64,000 bases of DNA from Candidatus Latescibacterota bacterium (GTDB lineage: Bacteria > Latescibacterota > UBA2968), in NCBI GenBank assembly GCA_965204375.1, contig OZ241986.1, forward strand, positions 768,001 to 832,000, given 5' to 3'. Below the pieces are notes generated by a model, which had not been told where the DNA came from, did not search any database, and saw only the letters and a list, made by a program, of their open reading frames with translations. This document shows, piece by piece, positions 19,200 through 28,687 of the stretch. How positions within the stretch are numbered: position 1 is the stretch's first letter; every line of letters starts with the position of its first letter. The translations under genes were made by a program, and so were the position numbers.

Positions 19200-20324
19200 C
19201 TATTCGCCATTCTTGGTCTCGCTGACCGCAGGCAATACGTGACCAATCGCGATCCGGAACGCCTGATTGGCCACAGACGAACCGTAGTTGCCACCTGTGA
19301 AGACGATGACCAGAGACAACTCTGGGATGGCGAAGATGTACTGACCGCCATTTCCTTCGGCCGCAAGAACATCAACTGATCGCCCGCGGTATGGAAAATG
19401 ATCGAGCCACCAGCCAAACCCGTATCGATTGTTGCCGTAATGCCCCTTTGCCGATTCGCTGATCCAGGTTGCCGATACAATCTGCCTGCCCTGAAAACGA
19501 CCGTTATCCACATAGAGTTGGCCGATCCTGGCCATATCGCGCGGCCTGAGTCGCAAGCCAGCATGCGTTTGGGGCAAGCCACTTTTGGTGTACCACCATT
19601 CAGAATGATCTATTCCGAGCGGAGCAAAGAGGTGGCTATCTGCGAATTTGTCCACATGCATACCCGATACCCGCTTGATTACGCCAGCGAGCAAGATGAA
19701 ACAGCCACTGTTGTAGTTGAATCGTGAACCAGGTTCGTCCGACAGTTCTCTGGAAAGCACATACGCTATGAAGTCGCTGGCGTTCTCCATTTGCGCTTCG
19801 GAATTGAGGGAACCCGGCTCGGAGTTATGTGCGCCAGATTGATCCCAGTTGAATCCGGCGGTCATCGTCAGTAGATGCTTCAGGGTGATTCGCCCTTTCT
19901 CTTCCGTCAGGTGGTGGGCATACTCCGGAAAAAAACGAGCCATAGGCACATCCACAGAGTCGATATACCCACGATCAATGGCGATGCCGATTAATATGGA
20001 CGTGATGCTCTTGGAAACGGACCGCGTATCGTGCAGGATTTGCTCGTCGAACTCGACCACGCCTTTCGCACCATCCGTGCCGGTGTAATACGCTTCGAAT
20101 ACCAGCTTGCCATTTCTGACGATCAGAAAGCTATGGATGTTCTTGTACGCCTGGCTGCGTATCTGATGCGCAACCTGGACAATCGGTTCTGGATCGATCC
20201 CCTCAGACTCAAGTGTTGATAAGGGCCAGCCAAGGGGCAGGGTAGATTCTCCGGTTTCTTGTGCCATTGCGACGCAGGGAAGGCAAACGAACCACAGGAA
20301 TAGGGCTATAGCTGGTTTCAACAT
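19200..20324 (-). CDS. Secreted serine hydrolase (AmpC/NylB-like)
   Basis: Signal peptide; SVSK, LLTMTAG, YNS, GNGGQ motifs. Confidence 0.88.
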   Translation of the reverse strand: MLKPAIALFLWFVCLPCVAMAQETGESTLPLGWPLSTLESEGIDPEPIVQVAHQIRSQAYKNIHSFLIVRNGKLVFEAYYTGTDGAKGVVEFDEQILHDTRSVSKSITSILIGIAIDRGYIDSVDVPMARFFPEYAHHLTEEKGRITLKHLLTMTAGFNWDQSGAHNSEPGSLNSEAQMENASDFIAYVLSRELSDEPGSRFNYNSGCFILLAGVIKRVSGMHVDKFADSHLFAPLGIDHSEWWYTKSGLPQTHAGLRLRPRDMARIGQLYVDNGRFQGRQIVSATWISESAKGHYGNNRYGFGWWLDHFPYRGRSVDVLAAEGNGGQYIFAIPELSLVIVFTGGNYGSSVANQAFRIAIGHVLPAVSETKNGE

Positions 20325-20336
20325 GTGGAATCTCTA

Positions 20337-20975
20337 CTATATATTTTCGACTCGAAAACCACTAACGAATTCGCGAATCACCCAAAGATGTTGATCTGGT
20401 TTATAAAGCGTTTGAATGTATCCTGTATCCCCAAATGAAAATTCAATCCCCTGGCCACTGACCGATGGCTGTGCACCGACTATGCATCGCAACGCGGCAT
20501 TTAAAATACCTCCGTGTGCGACCACCAGATAGCGCCCTTTTCCCAGTCTGATCACTTTCTCCAGCGCCTGTGCGGCTCGACTGTGAAAGGCCCAGGCACT
20601 TTCTCCTGCATCTGCACTTACAACATGGGGTTGAAAGGGATTGTGAAAAGCCGGTAACGGATACCTGGCTCTGGCGACCTGATGTGGTAAACCTGCAATC
20701 GGACCATTATCCTTTTCCATCCAGTCTTCATCGAACTCGACACCTATCCCCAGGATGTTACCTACAATTTGGGCTGTCTCGCGGGCACGCTTTAATGGGC
20801 TTGCAATAAGCCTGTCAAATTTAATCTCTCTCGCCTTCAGTTCCTTTGCTCGGACTTCAGCTTGTTCACGACCCACGTCTGTAAGAGGTGCATCATATCG
20901 GCCCTCAATGACATTCTCATCATCTGCGCGAGAGCGTCCGTGACGCATGAACATAATTTTGATATCACTATTCAT
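20337..20975 (-). CDS. Histidine phosphatase family protein
   Basis: RHG, SPLKRARETA and AHG motifs. Confidence 0.9.
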   Translation of the reverse strand: MNSDIKIMFMRHGRSRADDENVIEGRYDAPLTDVGREQAEVRAKELKAREIKFDRLIASPLKRARETAQIVGNILGIGVEFDEDWMEKDNGPIAGLPHQVARARYPLPAFHNPFQPHVVSADAGESAWAFHSRAAQALEKVIRLGKGRYLVVAHGGILNAALRCIVGAQPSVSGQGIEFSFGDTGYIQTLYKPDQHLWVIREFVSGFRVENI

Positions 20976-21054
20976 AAAATAACTCCATCATCAATCGTCA
21001 CATACTCGTACGTTTAGGCAGGCACTGCTTCCTCTTTCGTTCTTCAGAATAGTG

Positions 21055-21651
21055 CTACCGTGCAGTGAAAACTTGCACATCTTTTATCTGATCAAAATGC
21101 AACTTCCAGAACGTAGCTTGAATTTGCTTTTTAGCGTAGGGTTCTGAAATCTCTTCATCAACCCAATCAAGGTCAAATATGCGATTCCAACTATCTTCTA
21201 TGCGTTGATGATATGCACGAACTGGTATAGGCTTCATCTTGAAAAAAGACAGATTGTGCTCAGATAACTCGGCCTCAAAGGCATCCCCTTCGGCTATGGT
21301 TCGAGGCAGATACCAGTAATTGAGGACATAATGCCATAGGTCAAAATCGGATAACAAAACTCCTGTGGCTGATTGTTCGAATTCGATCCTTACACCGCGT
21401 TGGCCTTTGGGTAAATGACCACTGCTGCGTAAATCGGGTTTACGTCTTTTAACACCATCCCATTGATACCAGGCCCATAGAGGTAAAGATATAGTCTCAG
21501 ATTCAGATACTATGCGGCGCTGCATTTGCTTTGCCATCCATCTGTAAGCGTCGAGAAATAGGTCCTCTGAATATCTCTGATCGGCGAAGAGCACTTGTTC
21601 CCGCTGCAAGATCTTCCAGGCAGCTATAGATTGAATCGTCCAAAGCGTCAT
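21055..21651 (-). CDS. DUF3841-type protein
   Basis: LWTIQ, PLWAW, VLLSDFDLWHYVLN, IQATFW. Confidence 0.78.
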   Translation of the reverse strand: MTLWTIQSIAAWKILQREQVLFADQRYSEDLFLDAYRWMAKQMQRRIVSESETISLPLWAWYQWDGVKRRKPDLRSSGHLPKGQRGVRIEFEQSATGVLLSDFDLWHYVLNYWYLPRTIAEGDAFEAELSEHNLSFFKMKPIPVRAYHQRIEDSWNRIFDLDWVDEEISEPYAKKQIQATFWKLHFDQIKDVQVFTAR

Positions 21652-21812
21652 AATTTTTGGAATGGTAGATGGGTTTTTAGAGGTTCGTTCTTGCTATAGA
21701 GTTTATCTTTTCTCTAAAGATACCATTAATATACCGTTGGGATTAACTCTGCGAGTGATGTTGATCGTTTTGACGTATCATGAAGTGCAACGACTGCGTA
21801 GTTACGGCCCAT

Positions 21813-22475
21813 CTACGAGCTATCTCTTTTGACGGCGAAGAAAAAGGGGTGAACTTCCTCCGGTGCATTAACATTTTTGGATCCTCCTCCTACGATACCT
21901 TCCTGTTCGATATGAAACCCATTCTCAGCAAGAAACTTTTTGTAGGTCGAGGGACCAAAGTTGCTCCAGTACATGGTCCCGCCGAAAAAGTCATCTTCTG
22001 TATATCCAGGTCCATCGTCGTACCTTGCAACCGTAAACAGAAGGAGGCCGCCGGGCCGAAGCCACTGTGCAAATCTACGAAAGAGTTCCTGATGCTCTTG
22101 TCTCGGGATATGGAAAATGGCGTAAAAGCTGACGATTGCATCGAATCTGCCTGCGGGGAATTCAGTCTCCATTACGTCGGCGATGACGAATTTGGCTTTG
22201 GGAACGTTTTTCTTAGCTAAAGCTATCATATTGGAGGAGATGTCGATTCCAGTGAGGCTGAACATCCCTGCAAGGTGTCGTGCGACCGGAATACCAGCAC
22301 CGCATCCAACGTCAAGGACCTTTGAGTCAGGTGCCAGATGTTCAGTTATCAAGTTGAGTTCTGGTTCAGGCGTGGTACGTCTTTGCCCCGCGTAATCCCT
22401 CGCACACCGGTTATAGGCGGTTCTTACCAGTTCCCGATAATCGGTCTCCGGATCGTCAGCAATCTTGAATGGCAT
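21813..22475 (-). CDS. Class I SAM-dependent methyltransferase
   Basis: VLDVGCGAG, LRPGG; AAGGAG RBS before the ATG at 22475. Confidence 0.88.
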   Translation of the reverse strand: MPFKIADDPETDYRELVRTAYNRCARDYAGQRRTTPEPELNLITEHLAPDSKVLDVGCGAGIPVARHLAGMFSLTGIDISSNMIALAKKNVPKAKFVIADVMETEFPAGRFDAIVSFYAIFHIPRQEHQELFRRFAQWLRPGGLLLFTVARYDDGPGYTEDDFFGGTMYWSNFGPSTYKKFLAENGFHIEQEGIVGGGSKNVNAPEEVHPFFFAVKRDSS

Positions 22476-22491
22476 GGGTCTCCTTTCTAAT

Positions 22492-23427
22492 CTAATCATA
22501 GCCCACGAGTTGAGTAAGTTTTTTTCTATTTGCTTCAAAATTCTTTTTATTAACATTCACGTATGTTGCCCCAAATAATCCACACACTTCAAACCATAGC
22601 AACTCCGCAACATCCCTTCCAAACGCCTGACAAAACATGGTCTTAAGTTCCGGTTTTTGGTGTAACCAACCTACGCACAGAATGTCACCGAGTGGGTCAT
22701 TTTTCAAACAGGCAAATTCCCAATCTATGGCAGCATATATAACACCATTTTCATGAAGAAAATTCTGTGGATTCGGATCCCCGTGACAAAAAGTTAGAGG
22801 ACGAGCATTTGGACGCCGCTCACTCAGCCAGGAGAGCGAATATTGCACCAATGGATCATTTCTAAATGTGCGAGAGTTCTCATCTAACCAGGCAAGATCG
22901 CTACACATTGTGCGGACAGGGAGAATAGATTCGAGACTACCGGCTTCCCTGTAGTCGATAGTAGAAATATATGCAATCAACTCTGCCAGTTGCGAAACCA
23001 ATTGATCGCTATAGGAAGGATCGAAGGTCCACCTTAGATGCTTGCCGGGTAGGCACTCCATCAGAAAACTGGGGACACCAAAAGTTTCTCCGTGATCAAA
23101 TCCCCAAACTTGAGGCGTGCGAAGCTTTAGATTTAGTTTATGTAGTTCCTGCAAAATCAGGTATTCACGGTAAAGATCATACAGATCATAGCTTTTTCGC
23201 CATTGAGGGATATGTTCGGGTTCACATCGTAGAACGAAATCAACATTTCCCTCATCAGTTTTTGCATAGATATAGTAATTGTGATTCTCTATGCCTCCTA
23301 CCGTAGGTTGGGGCGGCCATCTGAGGCCTATGATTTCTTTGCCAAGTGCAATAGACAAATATTCAATGAGGTTTGATTGGTTTTCCTCAAATGTTGGATT
23401 CAGAAATTTCAAATGATTATTCCTCAA
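22492..23427 (-). CDS. Aminoglycoside phosphotransferase-like (APH/choline kinase) family protein
   Basis: CHGDPNPQN and IDWE motifs. Confidence 0.82.
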   Translation of the reverse strand: MRNNHLKFLNPTFEENQSNLIEYLSIALGKEIIGLRWPPQPTVGGIENHNYYIYAKTDEGNVDFVLRCEPEHIPQWRKSYDLYDLYREYLILQELHKLNLKLRTPQVWGFDHGETFGVPSFLMECLPGKHLRWTFDPSYSDQLVSQLAELIAYISTIDYREAGSLESILPVRTMCSDLAWLDENSRTFRNDPLVQYSLSWLSERRPNARPLTFCHGDPNPQNFLHENGVIYAAIDWEFACLKNDPLGDILCVGWLHQKPELKTMFCQAFGRDVAELLWFEVCGLFGATYVNVNKKNFEANRKKLTQLVGYD

Positions 23428-23523
23428 ATTTATTCATATGGAGAGGGCAATGGCTGGATTTACTTTGCATATGGTAGGAGGAGAAGCATTTCGGTTTTGC
23501 GATGACAAGCGTGAGTAATATCA

Positions 23524-24432
23524 CTATCCGGTTCCGACGAGAACAAGTCCTGTGAAGATGACGGCGACTCCAAGGTATTTGGGTGTGTAGCCGGGTTCTT
23601 TGAGAAGGAGGATACCGAAAACAGTGCCCAGGGGAATGCTGATCTGGCGAAAAGTAACGACATAGCTGACGTTTGAGACAAAAGCCAGGCTGATCAGGAC
23701 CAGAGTATAAGCAGCGGCCATGCCAGCACCTGCCAGCAGGGCGCGGGGTGCTCGCGTTTTCAGGATTTCCCGCATCAGGATGCGACCCCGTTTTTGAAAT
23801 AGAACCCAAACGCCCAGCCAGACAGAAGTAATGAGGCCTTCGAAAAAGGCGTAGAGAATCGTAGCCTGCCAGCCTGCAATGGGGAGGGCGGGAGAATCTC
23901 TGAGGAGACGCAAAGCCTCGTCGTCGATGATCGAATAACCGGCTGTGGCAAAGGTAGCCATCAAGGCAAACAATACCGATGAATTCAGGTAGTTGTCAAT
24001 ATGGAAATCACTCAGATGCTTCATGGGCAGGATAAACATTCCAACGGCAACCAAGGCAATGCCCCAAATGCACTGTGCGCTGACCTGGTCGGCACGGTCA
24101 AAAAAGAGCGTCACGATAATGACCACGATGACCGGGGATGACCTCGCGATGGGGTAGAGGATGGACAGGTCGCCTCTCTGGTAGGCGTTGGCCAATCCGA
24201 GGATGTAGATGGTCTGAAAAATACCTGTTGTGACAAGCAAGAGCCATACGGAGGTGGGGAATGTTGGAATTGCCGAACCGAACAGGATGAGTGCGGGAAC
24301 CAGGCACAGAGTTCCCAGTGTGTTGACCAGGAGGAAGAAGGCAGAGGACGGATGTTCTCGTTTACACAACAGGTTCCAGCCCACGTGCGTGAAGGCGGAG
24401 ATGAGGATGAGGATGACAGCGGTAAGGGTCAA
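23524..24432 (-). CDS. EamA/DMT transporter
   Basis: About 10 hydrophobic segments, GDLSILYPIAR, LLKE. Confidence 0.85.
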   Translation of the reverse strand: MTLTAVILILISAFTHVGWNLLCKREHPSSAFFLLVNTLGTLCLVPALILFGSAIPTFPTSVWLLLVTTGIFQTIYILGLANAYQRGDLSILYPIARSSPVIVVIIVTLFFDRADQVSAQCIWGIALVAVGMFILPMKHLSDFHIDNYLNSSVLFALMATFATAGYSIIDDEALRLLRDSPALPIAGWQATILYAFFEGLITSVWLGVWVLFQKRGRILMREILKTRAPRALLAGAGMAAAYTLVLISLAFVSNVSYVVTFRQISIPLGTVFGILLLKEPGYTPKYLGVAVIFTGLVLVGTG

Positions 24433-24509
24433 GGGGACGTTTTTCGAATTATGGAATCAGGGGGTATCTTACTACTAAAAAAACGGGTCGAGTCCATATG
24501 ATAGCCGTA

Positions 24510-24812
24510 CTACACTTTATTACGCGCTGCTAACCATCGCTTTAGCGAACGTTGGCTCTCTCCCGAAGGTCGGCCAGCCCACACATTTTCGACGCTAATA
24601 TCCTCATCTAAGTCAGGCCAATGGATGCCTTCACCTCGACCTATGAGTCGCCAATTATTGCGCTCTTGAGGAGTGCCATGCAATAGGCGAGGATACCATT
24701 CCAAAGGGACGCTTATGCTTCGCCCATCAACTAAGTCTATCATTAGTGACTCTTCGTCGATAGAGATACGCTCCGCAAGCGTAGGCTGAATTTCAATCGT
24801 TGAAATACTCAT
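24510..24812 (-). CDS. DUF2442-type antitoxin
   Basis: DGRSISVPLEWYPRL, GIHWPDLDEDISV; overlaps the toxin. Confidence 0.88.
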   Translation of the reverse strand: MSISTIEIQPTLAERISIDEESLMIDLVDGRSISVPLEWYPRLLHGTPQERNNWRLIGRGEGIHWPDLDEDISVENVWAGRPSGESQRSLKRWLAARNKV

Positions 24813-25029
24813 TCCAGAACTCCACGATATCGTCTTGTTTTTCCTCAATAATTTTTCTGATACGCCTCAAATCTGTGCTGCGAAAACCACTACTTCTCTG
24901 TAATCGGATAGGTTCTATCCAAAATTTTGCGATAGAATCATCTCTTTCCACATGAACATGAATCGGTTCATCCCGGTCACCTGCATAAAAGAAAAATCGG
25001 TAGGGACCATTTGAAAAAACAGTTGGCAT
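24793..25029 (-). CDS. DUF4160-type toxin
   Basis: YRFFFY...EPIHVHV...AKFW motif. Confidence 0.88.
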   Translation of the reverse strand: MPTVFSNGPYRFFFYAGDRDEPIHVHVERDDSIAKFWIEPIRLQRSSGFRSTDLRRIRKIIEEKQDDIVEFWNEYFND

Positions 25030-25038
25030 GTACGTATA

Positions 25039-25100
25039 TCATTGTTTTACAATGAAATGGAATCAAATAACAATTTTCACTGAAATATGAAAATTGTCAA
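25039..25100 (-). promoter_or_regulatory. TA promoter with palindromic operator candidates
   Basis: Minus-strand TTGACA (25095-25100) overlapped by the inverted repeat ACAATTTTCA-n8-TGAAAATTGT (25070-25097); second repeat TCATTGT-n3-ACAATGA (25039-25055). Confidence 0.6.
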
Positions 25101-25148
25101 GGGAAATGTATTCAAAGGGCTGAACGACCAAAGGAAGTAAAGGATTAT

Positions 25149-26414
25149 TCAGACCTCCGCCAACTCGAATTCACTCTCAAACGCAGTCAGGGATGCCTGC
25201 ATTTCACTTGTCAGTGCCCTTGAGTCGGACGATTCCGCCAGGTTCCTGGTTTCCCATGGATCCGCTTCCATATCAAAGAGCTGGATTACTGGATCACCCT
25301 CATAGGTAATGAGCTTATGTGTGTTGGTGCGGAGCATTTTACCGCCTCCGGTGGCGTGTGCAACCACAAAATCCCGCCAAGCTGGATTTTTACCCTCAGC
25401 AATCGCACGCAGGCTGTATCCGCGCATCATAGGGGGCGGCGAGATCCCGGCATAGTCACAAACTGTCGGAAAAACATCCACGCCCGATACGAGATGCTCC
25501 TGGTCAATTACCTGTTCCGCGATGTGACCGGGCCAACTCATGATAAAGGGCACTCGTGCGGCTTCATCGTATAGAAAGCTCTTAAATACCATTTTGTGCC
25601 GAAGATGCCCGTCCCCATGGTCGGACGTAAGGATCACGACCGTATTGTCCTTAAATACTGAGTTCTCGAGCGCGTCCAGGATCAAGCCGATCTGTCCATC
25701 CACCTTTTCAATGTACCGGTAGTAGGTCCAGATATAGTATCGGAAGAGTTCCTCTTCCCACTTTTCCATACCAGATTCTTCGCCTCGGTCTGCCAGTTTC
25801 TGATTCCGGGAGTTCCTGACTTTTTCCGGTTCCGCCATGTCTATCTCAAAATTGGGCGGCAGTGGAGGAAGGTCGTCAATTTCGGGGAACGGCATCTCCC
25901 CGTCGTGCATCGTATGCGTCAGTACGAAGGAGCAGATATCGTGTGGATTCAAGAGTCCGACTGACAGGAAGAAGGGTTCTTTATTCTGGTAGTTCTGGAG
26001 AAAACCGATCGCACTGCGGGTCGAAGCAATGTCTCCGGTCTCAGCCGTATTCCGCGGATCGGGGCAGATATGGTGAAAACTCTGCGCGACATCTCTGCCG
26101 GGAATATGCCATTTCCCGCTGTAGTAGGCGTTGTAACCATTTTTGTTCAGCCATTGTCCCAAGTCTGGCATGGACGGAACCATGTTGGCACCATTGGCCA
26201 CGACTCCGTTTTCGGGTGTATGGCGCCCAGTAAACCAGCTCGCACGCGCCGGACAGCAGACTGGATTGGCACTATAGGATTTTGTAAAGCTGATTCCCTT
26301 TGCTGCAAGTCGGTCCATACCGGGTGTCTTCACGTCACTGCACCCCAGATGCCCAAGGGCTTCCGCGCTATGCTGGTCGGTCGTAATCAGAAGAATATTC
26401 GGTCTCTGTTCCAT
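25149..26414 (-). CDS. Sulfatase (Cys-type)
   Basis: CCPAR, GKWH, SDHG. Confidence 0.92.
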   Translation of the reverse strand: MEQRPNILLITTDQHSAEALGHLGCSDVKTPGMDRLAAKGISFTKSYSANPVCCPARASWFTGRHTPENGVVANGANMVPSMPDLGQWLNKNGYNAYYSGKWHIPGRDVAQSFHHICPDPRNTAETGDIASTRSAIGFLQNYQNKEPFFLSVGLLNPHDICSFVLTHTMHDGEMPFPEIDDLPPLPPNFEIDMAEPEKVRNSRNQKLADRGEESGMEKWEEELFRYYIWTYYRYIEKVDGQIGLILDALENSVFKDNTVVILTSDHGDGHLRHKMVFKSFLYDEAARVPFIMSWPGHIAEQVIDQEHLVSGVDVFPTVCDYAGISPPPMMRGYSLRAIAEGKNPAWRDFVVAHATGGGKMLRTNTHKLITYEGDPVIQLFDMEADPWETRNLAESSDSRALTSEMQASLTAFESEFELAEV

Positions 26415-26417
26415 CGC

Positions 26418-27149
26418 TTATGACGCCTCCCTTTTGAGAATCACTGTCCGACGCGTACTTACCACGAGAAATAATCTTCCATTCGCATCTACATAATAAC
26501 AGGTGGGAATAACGGATTCTCCGTAATGGCAATACACATCGGCAGTTACAGCACTTTGATCTGTTGTGATCTCCGATGTCCCGCGATAAATTAGAAACTG
26601 GTTTTCCCGGATCATCGAGAACTCTTCTATCAGGTCAAATGCGTGCTTTGTAGTGTCCTTTCTGGCACTTAGTCGCTGAACTGCGTCAAAAAGACACCAG
26701 TCGGCGGTATAGGTCCCAAGCGTCTTTGAGCGCGCAGGCTCTTTGCCATCCATCAAAAGTCGGCTATTTTGAATTTTCCCTTTCTGGGTGTATTCAACCA
26801 GTCCTTTTCCCGCCTGGCTCCCGTTGGAATACTTTAGCGTCCAGGTCTTTGGAGATGTGAGTGCGTTGTTCCCGCATTGTGCATCGATCTCTGTCGTGTT
26901 GTCGAACTTCAGGTCCGAGCAGGTGATTCCCAAATGACGGTCTTCACCTTCATTTCTGGCGGAAATCCTGAGTGTAGCCTCAGGTTCGTGAGACCTGCTG
27001 GGAGTCCCTCGCGTCGTCCGAATGTTCATCCAGTAGATGTCGTATGTCTGCTCTTCCGGTGCCTCCGGATCAAAGGCTCCGGCGGGCAAACCGTATTTGT
27101 TCAATACCCTCTTTGTGTGGATATATTCCCATGGCTCAGCCATTTTCAC
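26418..27149 (-). CDS. Hypothetical protein
   Basis: 243-aa ORF with AAGGAG RBS, 3 bp from the sulfatase start. Confidence 0.6.
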   Translation of the reverse strand: MKMAEPWEYIHTKRVLNKYGLPAGAFDPEAPEEQTYDIYWMNIRTTRGTPSRSHEPEATLRISARNEGEDRHLGITCSDLKFDNTTEIDAQCGNNALTSPKTWTLKYSNGSQAGKGLVEYTQKGKIQNSRLLMDGKEPARSKTLGTYTADWCLFDAVQRLSARKDTTKHAFDLIEEFSMIRENQFLIYRGTSEITTDQSAVTADVYCHYGESVIPTCYYVDANGRLFLVVSTRRTVILKREAS

Positions 27150-27173
27150 GCTCCTTTCAGAGGAAGTCTCTCT

Positions 27174-27275
27174 ATGAACGACCTTCAGAGTCTAAAACAT
27201 ACCGAAGGGAAGTGCAAGTATCATCTGGTATGGATTCCGAAAGGGTGTTGGAAAATGTTCTATGACTCACTTTGA
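27174..27275 (+). pseudogene. tnpA: IS200-type TnpA transposase 5' remnant
   Basis: MNDLQSLKHTEGKCKYHLVWIPKG matches the IS200 TnpA N-terminus (SHTxWxCKYHxVWIPK); stops after 33 codons. Confidence 0.8.
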
Positions 27276-27281
27276 CCGGGC

Positions 27282-27310
27282 TTGACCCGCAAAGGCTAAG
27301 TTGCTATTGT
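27282..27310 (+). promoter_or_regulatory. Sigma70-like promoter
   Basis: TTGACC-17bp-TATTGT with an extended TG, upstream of the sulfatase. Confidence 0.5.
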
Positions 27311-27357
27311 ATCGGGTCATGAATTGTACTGTAGGAGCAACTGATGGAGGACCGACG

Positions 27358-28677
27358 ATGTGGAATGAAAAGCCGAATGTGCTGGTGATTCAGCCCGACC
27401 AGCACCGCGGAACGGTGATGGGTTGTGCGGGTGACTCGCAGGTGAAAACGCCGAATCTGGACCGCCTTGCGTCGGAGGGGATCCGGTTTTCGCGTTGCGC
27501 CTCGTCCAGCCCTGTGTGCTCCCCATTTCGGGGGACGATGCAGACCGGATTGTATTGCCATACCCACGGTGTGGATGTGAACAATATTCTGCTGGATCCC
27601 GAACTGATCACATTCGCCGACCTGTTTGCGGACGCTGGATACGCCACAGGCTATATCGGGAAGTGGCATCTGGATGGAGGTAAGCCCAGGGGATGGGGCG
27701 GATTTATTGAGCCAGGTCCCAGGCGAGCGGGATGGCAGGAATGGCATGGGTACCAGAAAGGGCACGAGTTTTTCGATGTCTGGGACTACAACGAGAATCG
27801 CGAGAGGGTGCGGATCGAAGGTTACGACTGGGAGCCAGCGTGGCATACGGATATGGCTCTGGACTTTGCAAAACGAAATCGCGACGCCGGTCATCCCTGG
27901 CTCTACTATTTGGGATATGGCCCTCCGCACAAGCCCGAACAGTGCCCGCAGAAGTATCTGGATATGTACGATCCTGATACCTTTGAGTTGCCAGACGACG
28001 TGAAGGGGCGGTTCGGAGATAGGGAACGCGAGCTTCGGTGGCTTTATCAGATGTATTACGGTCAGGTAACGGCGGTGGATGTGGAGATTGGACGTGTGAT
28101 GGCTGGCCTGGCGGAACTGGGAATTGCAGACAATACGATTGTGGTCTATGTAAGTGATCACGGCGACAAGCTGGGCAGTCACTGCGAACCCGATGAGCGC
28201 AACTTTCGCGGCAAGGGAAGTCCCTTTGCGACTGCGTTTCGCATTCCGTTCATCGTGCGATGGCCCAATCGCATTAAGCCAAATCAGGTGTGTGACGCAC
28301 TGGTGAGTAGCGTGGATCTTACGCCCACGATTCTGGACCTGGCGGAACTGGAGATTCCCGATGTGATGCAGGGTGACAGTATGGCGGGCTGGTGTCTGGA
28401 GGGAAAAGGCGTGGAGAACGACTGTGTATATATGGGACTCCGCGGCGTGACCCAGCCCGGTGGATGGCGTGCCGTATGGGATGGTCGCTACGTGTTTTCA
28501 CCAGGGATTCACAATGTCCTGTATGACCACGAATCCGATCCGCTGGAGATGGAAAATCTCATCGACGCGCCACAGATTTCGAGTGAGAAGAAGCGGTTAG
28601 CGGGGCTACTCGTACAGATGGCCGAGAATACGGAAGATCCGATGCTGCAGGAGGTGAAGGGACTTTGCGGTGTGTGA
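27358..28677 (+). CDS. Sulfatase (Cys-type)
   Basis: CSPFR, GKWHL, SDHG; GGAGG RBS before the ATG at 27358. Confidence 0.92.
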   Translation: MWNEKPNVLVIQPDQHRGTVMGCAGDSQVKTPNLDRLASEGIRFSRCASSSPVCSPFRGTMQTGLYCHTHGVDVNNILLDPELITFADLFADAGYATGYIGKWHLDGGKPRGWGGFIEPGPRRAGWQEWHGYQKGHEFFDVWDYNENRERVRIEGYDWEPAWHTDMALDFAKRNRDAGHPWLYYLGYGPPHKPEQCPQKYLDMYDPDTFELPDDVKGRFGDRERELRWLYQMYYGQVTAVDVEIGRVMAGLAELGIADNTIVVYVSDHGDKLGSHCEPDERNFRGKGSPFATAFRIPFIVRWPNRIKPNQVCDALVSSVDLTPTILDLAELEIPDVMQGDSMAGWCLEGKGVENDCVYMGLRGVTQPGGWRAVWDGRYVFSPGIHNVLYDHESDPLEMENLIDAPQISSEKKRLAGLLVQMAENTEDPMLQEVKGLCGV

Positions 28678-28687
28678 TTTCTCCTCC

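Noticed and set aside
19019-19582. 187-aa ORF as an independent gene
   Set aside because: Only its last ~48 codons are real (N-terminus of the IS-split hydrolase); the rest overlaps the 19200-20324 gene out of frame.
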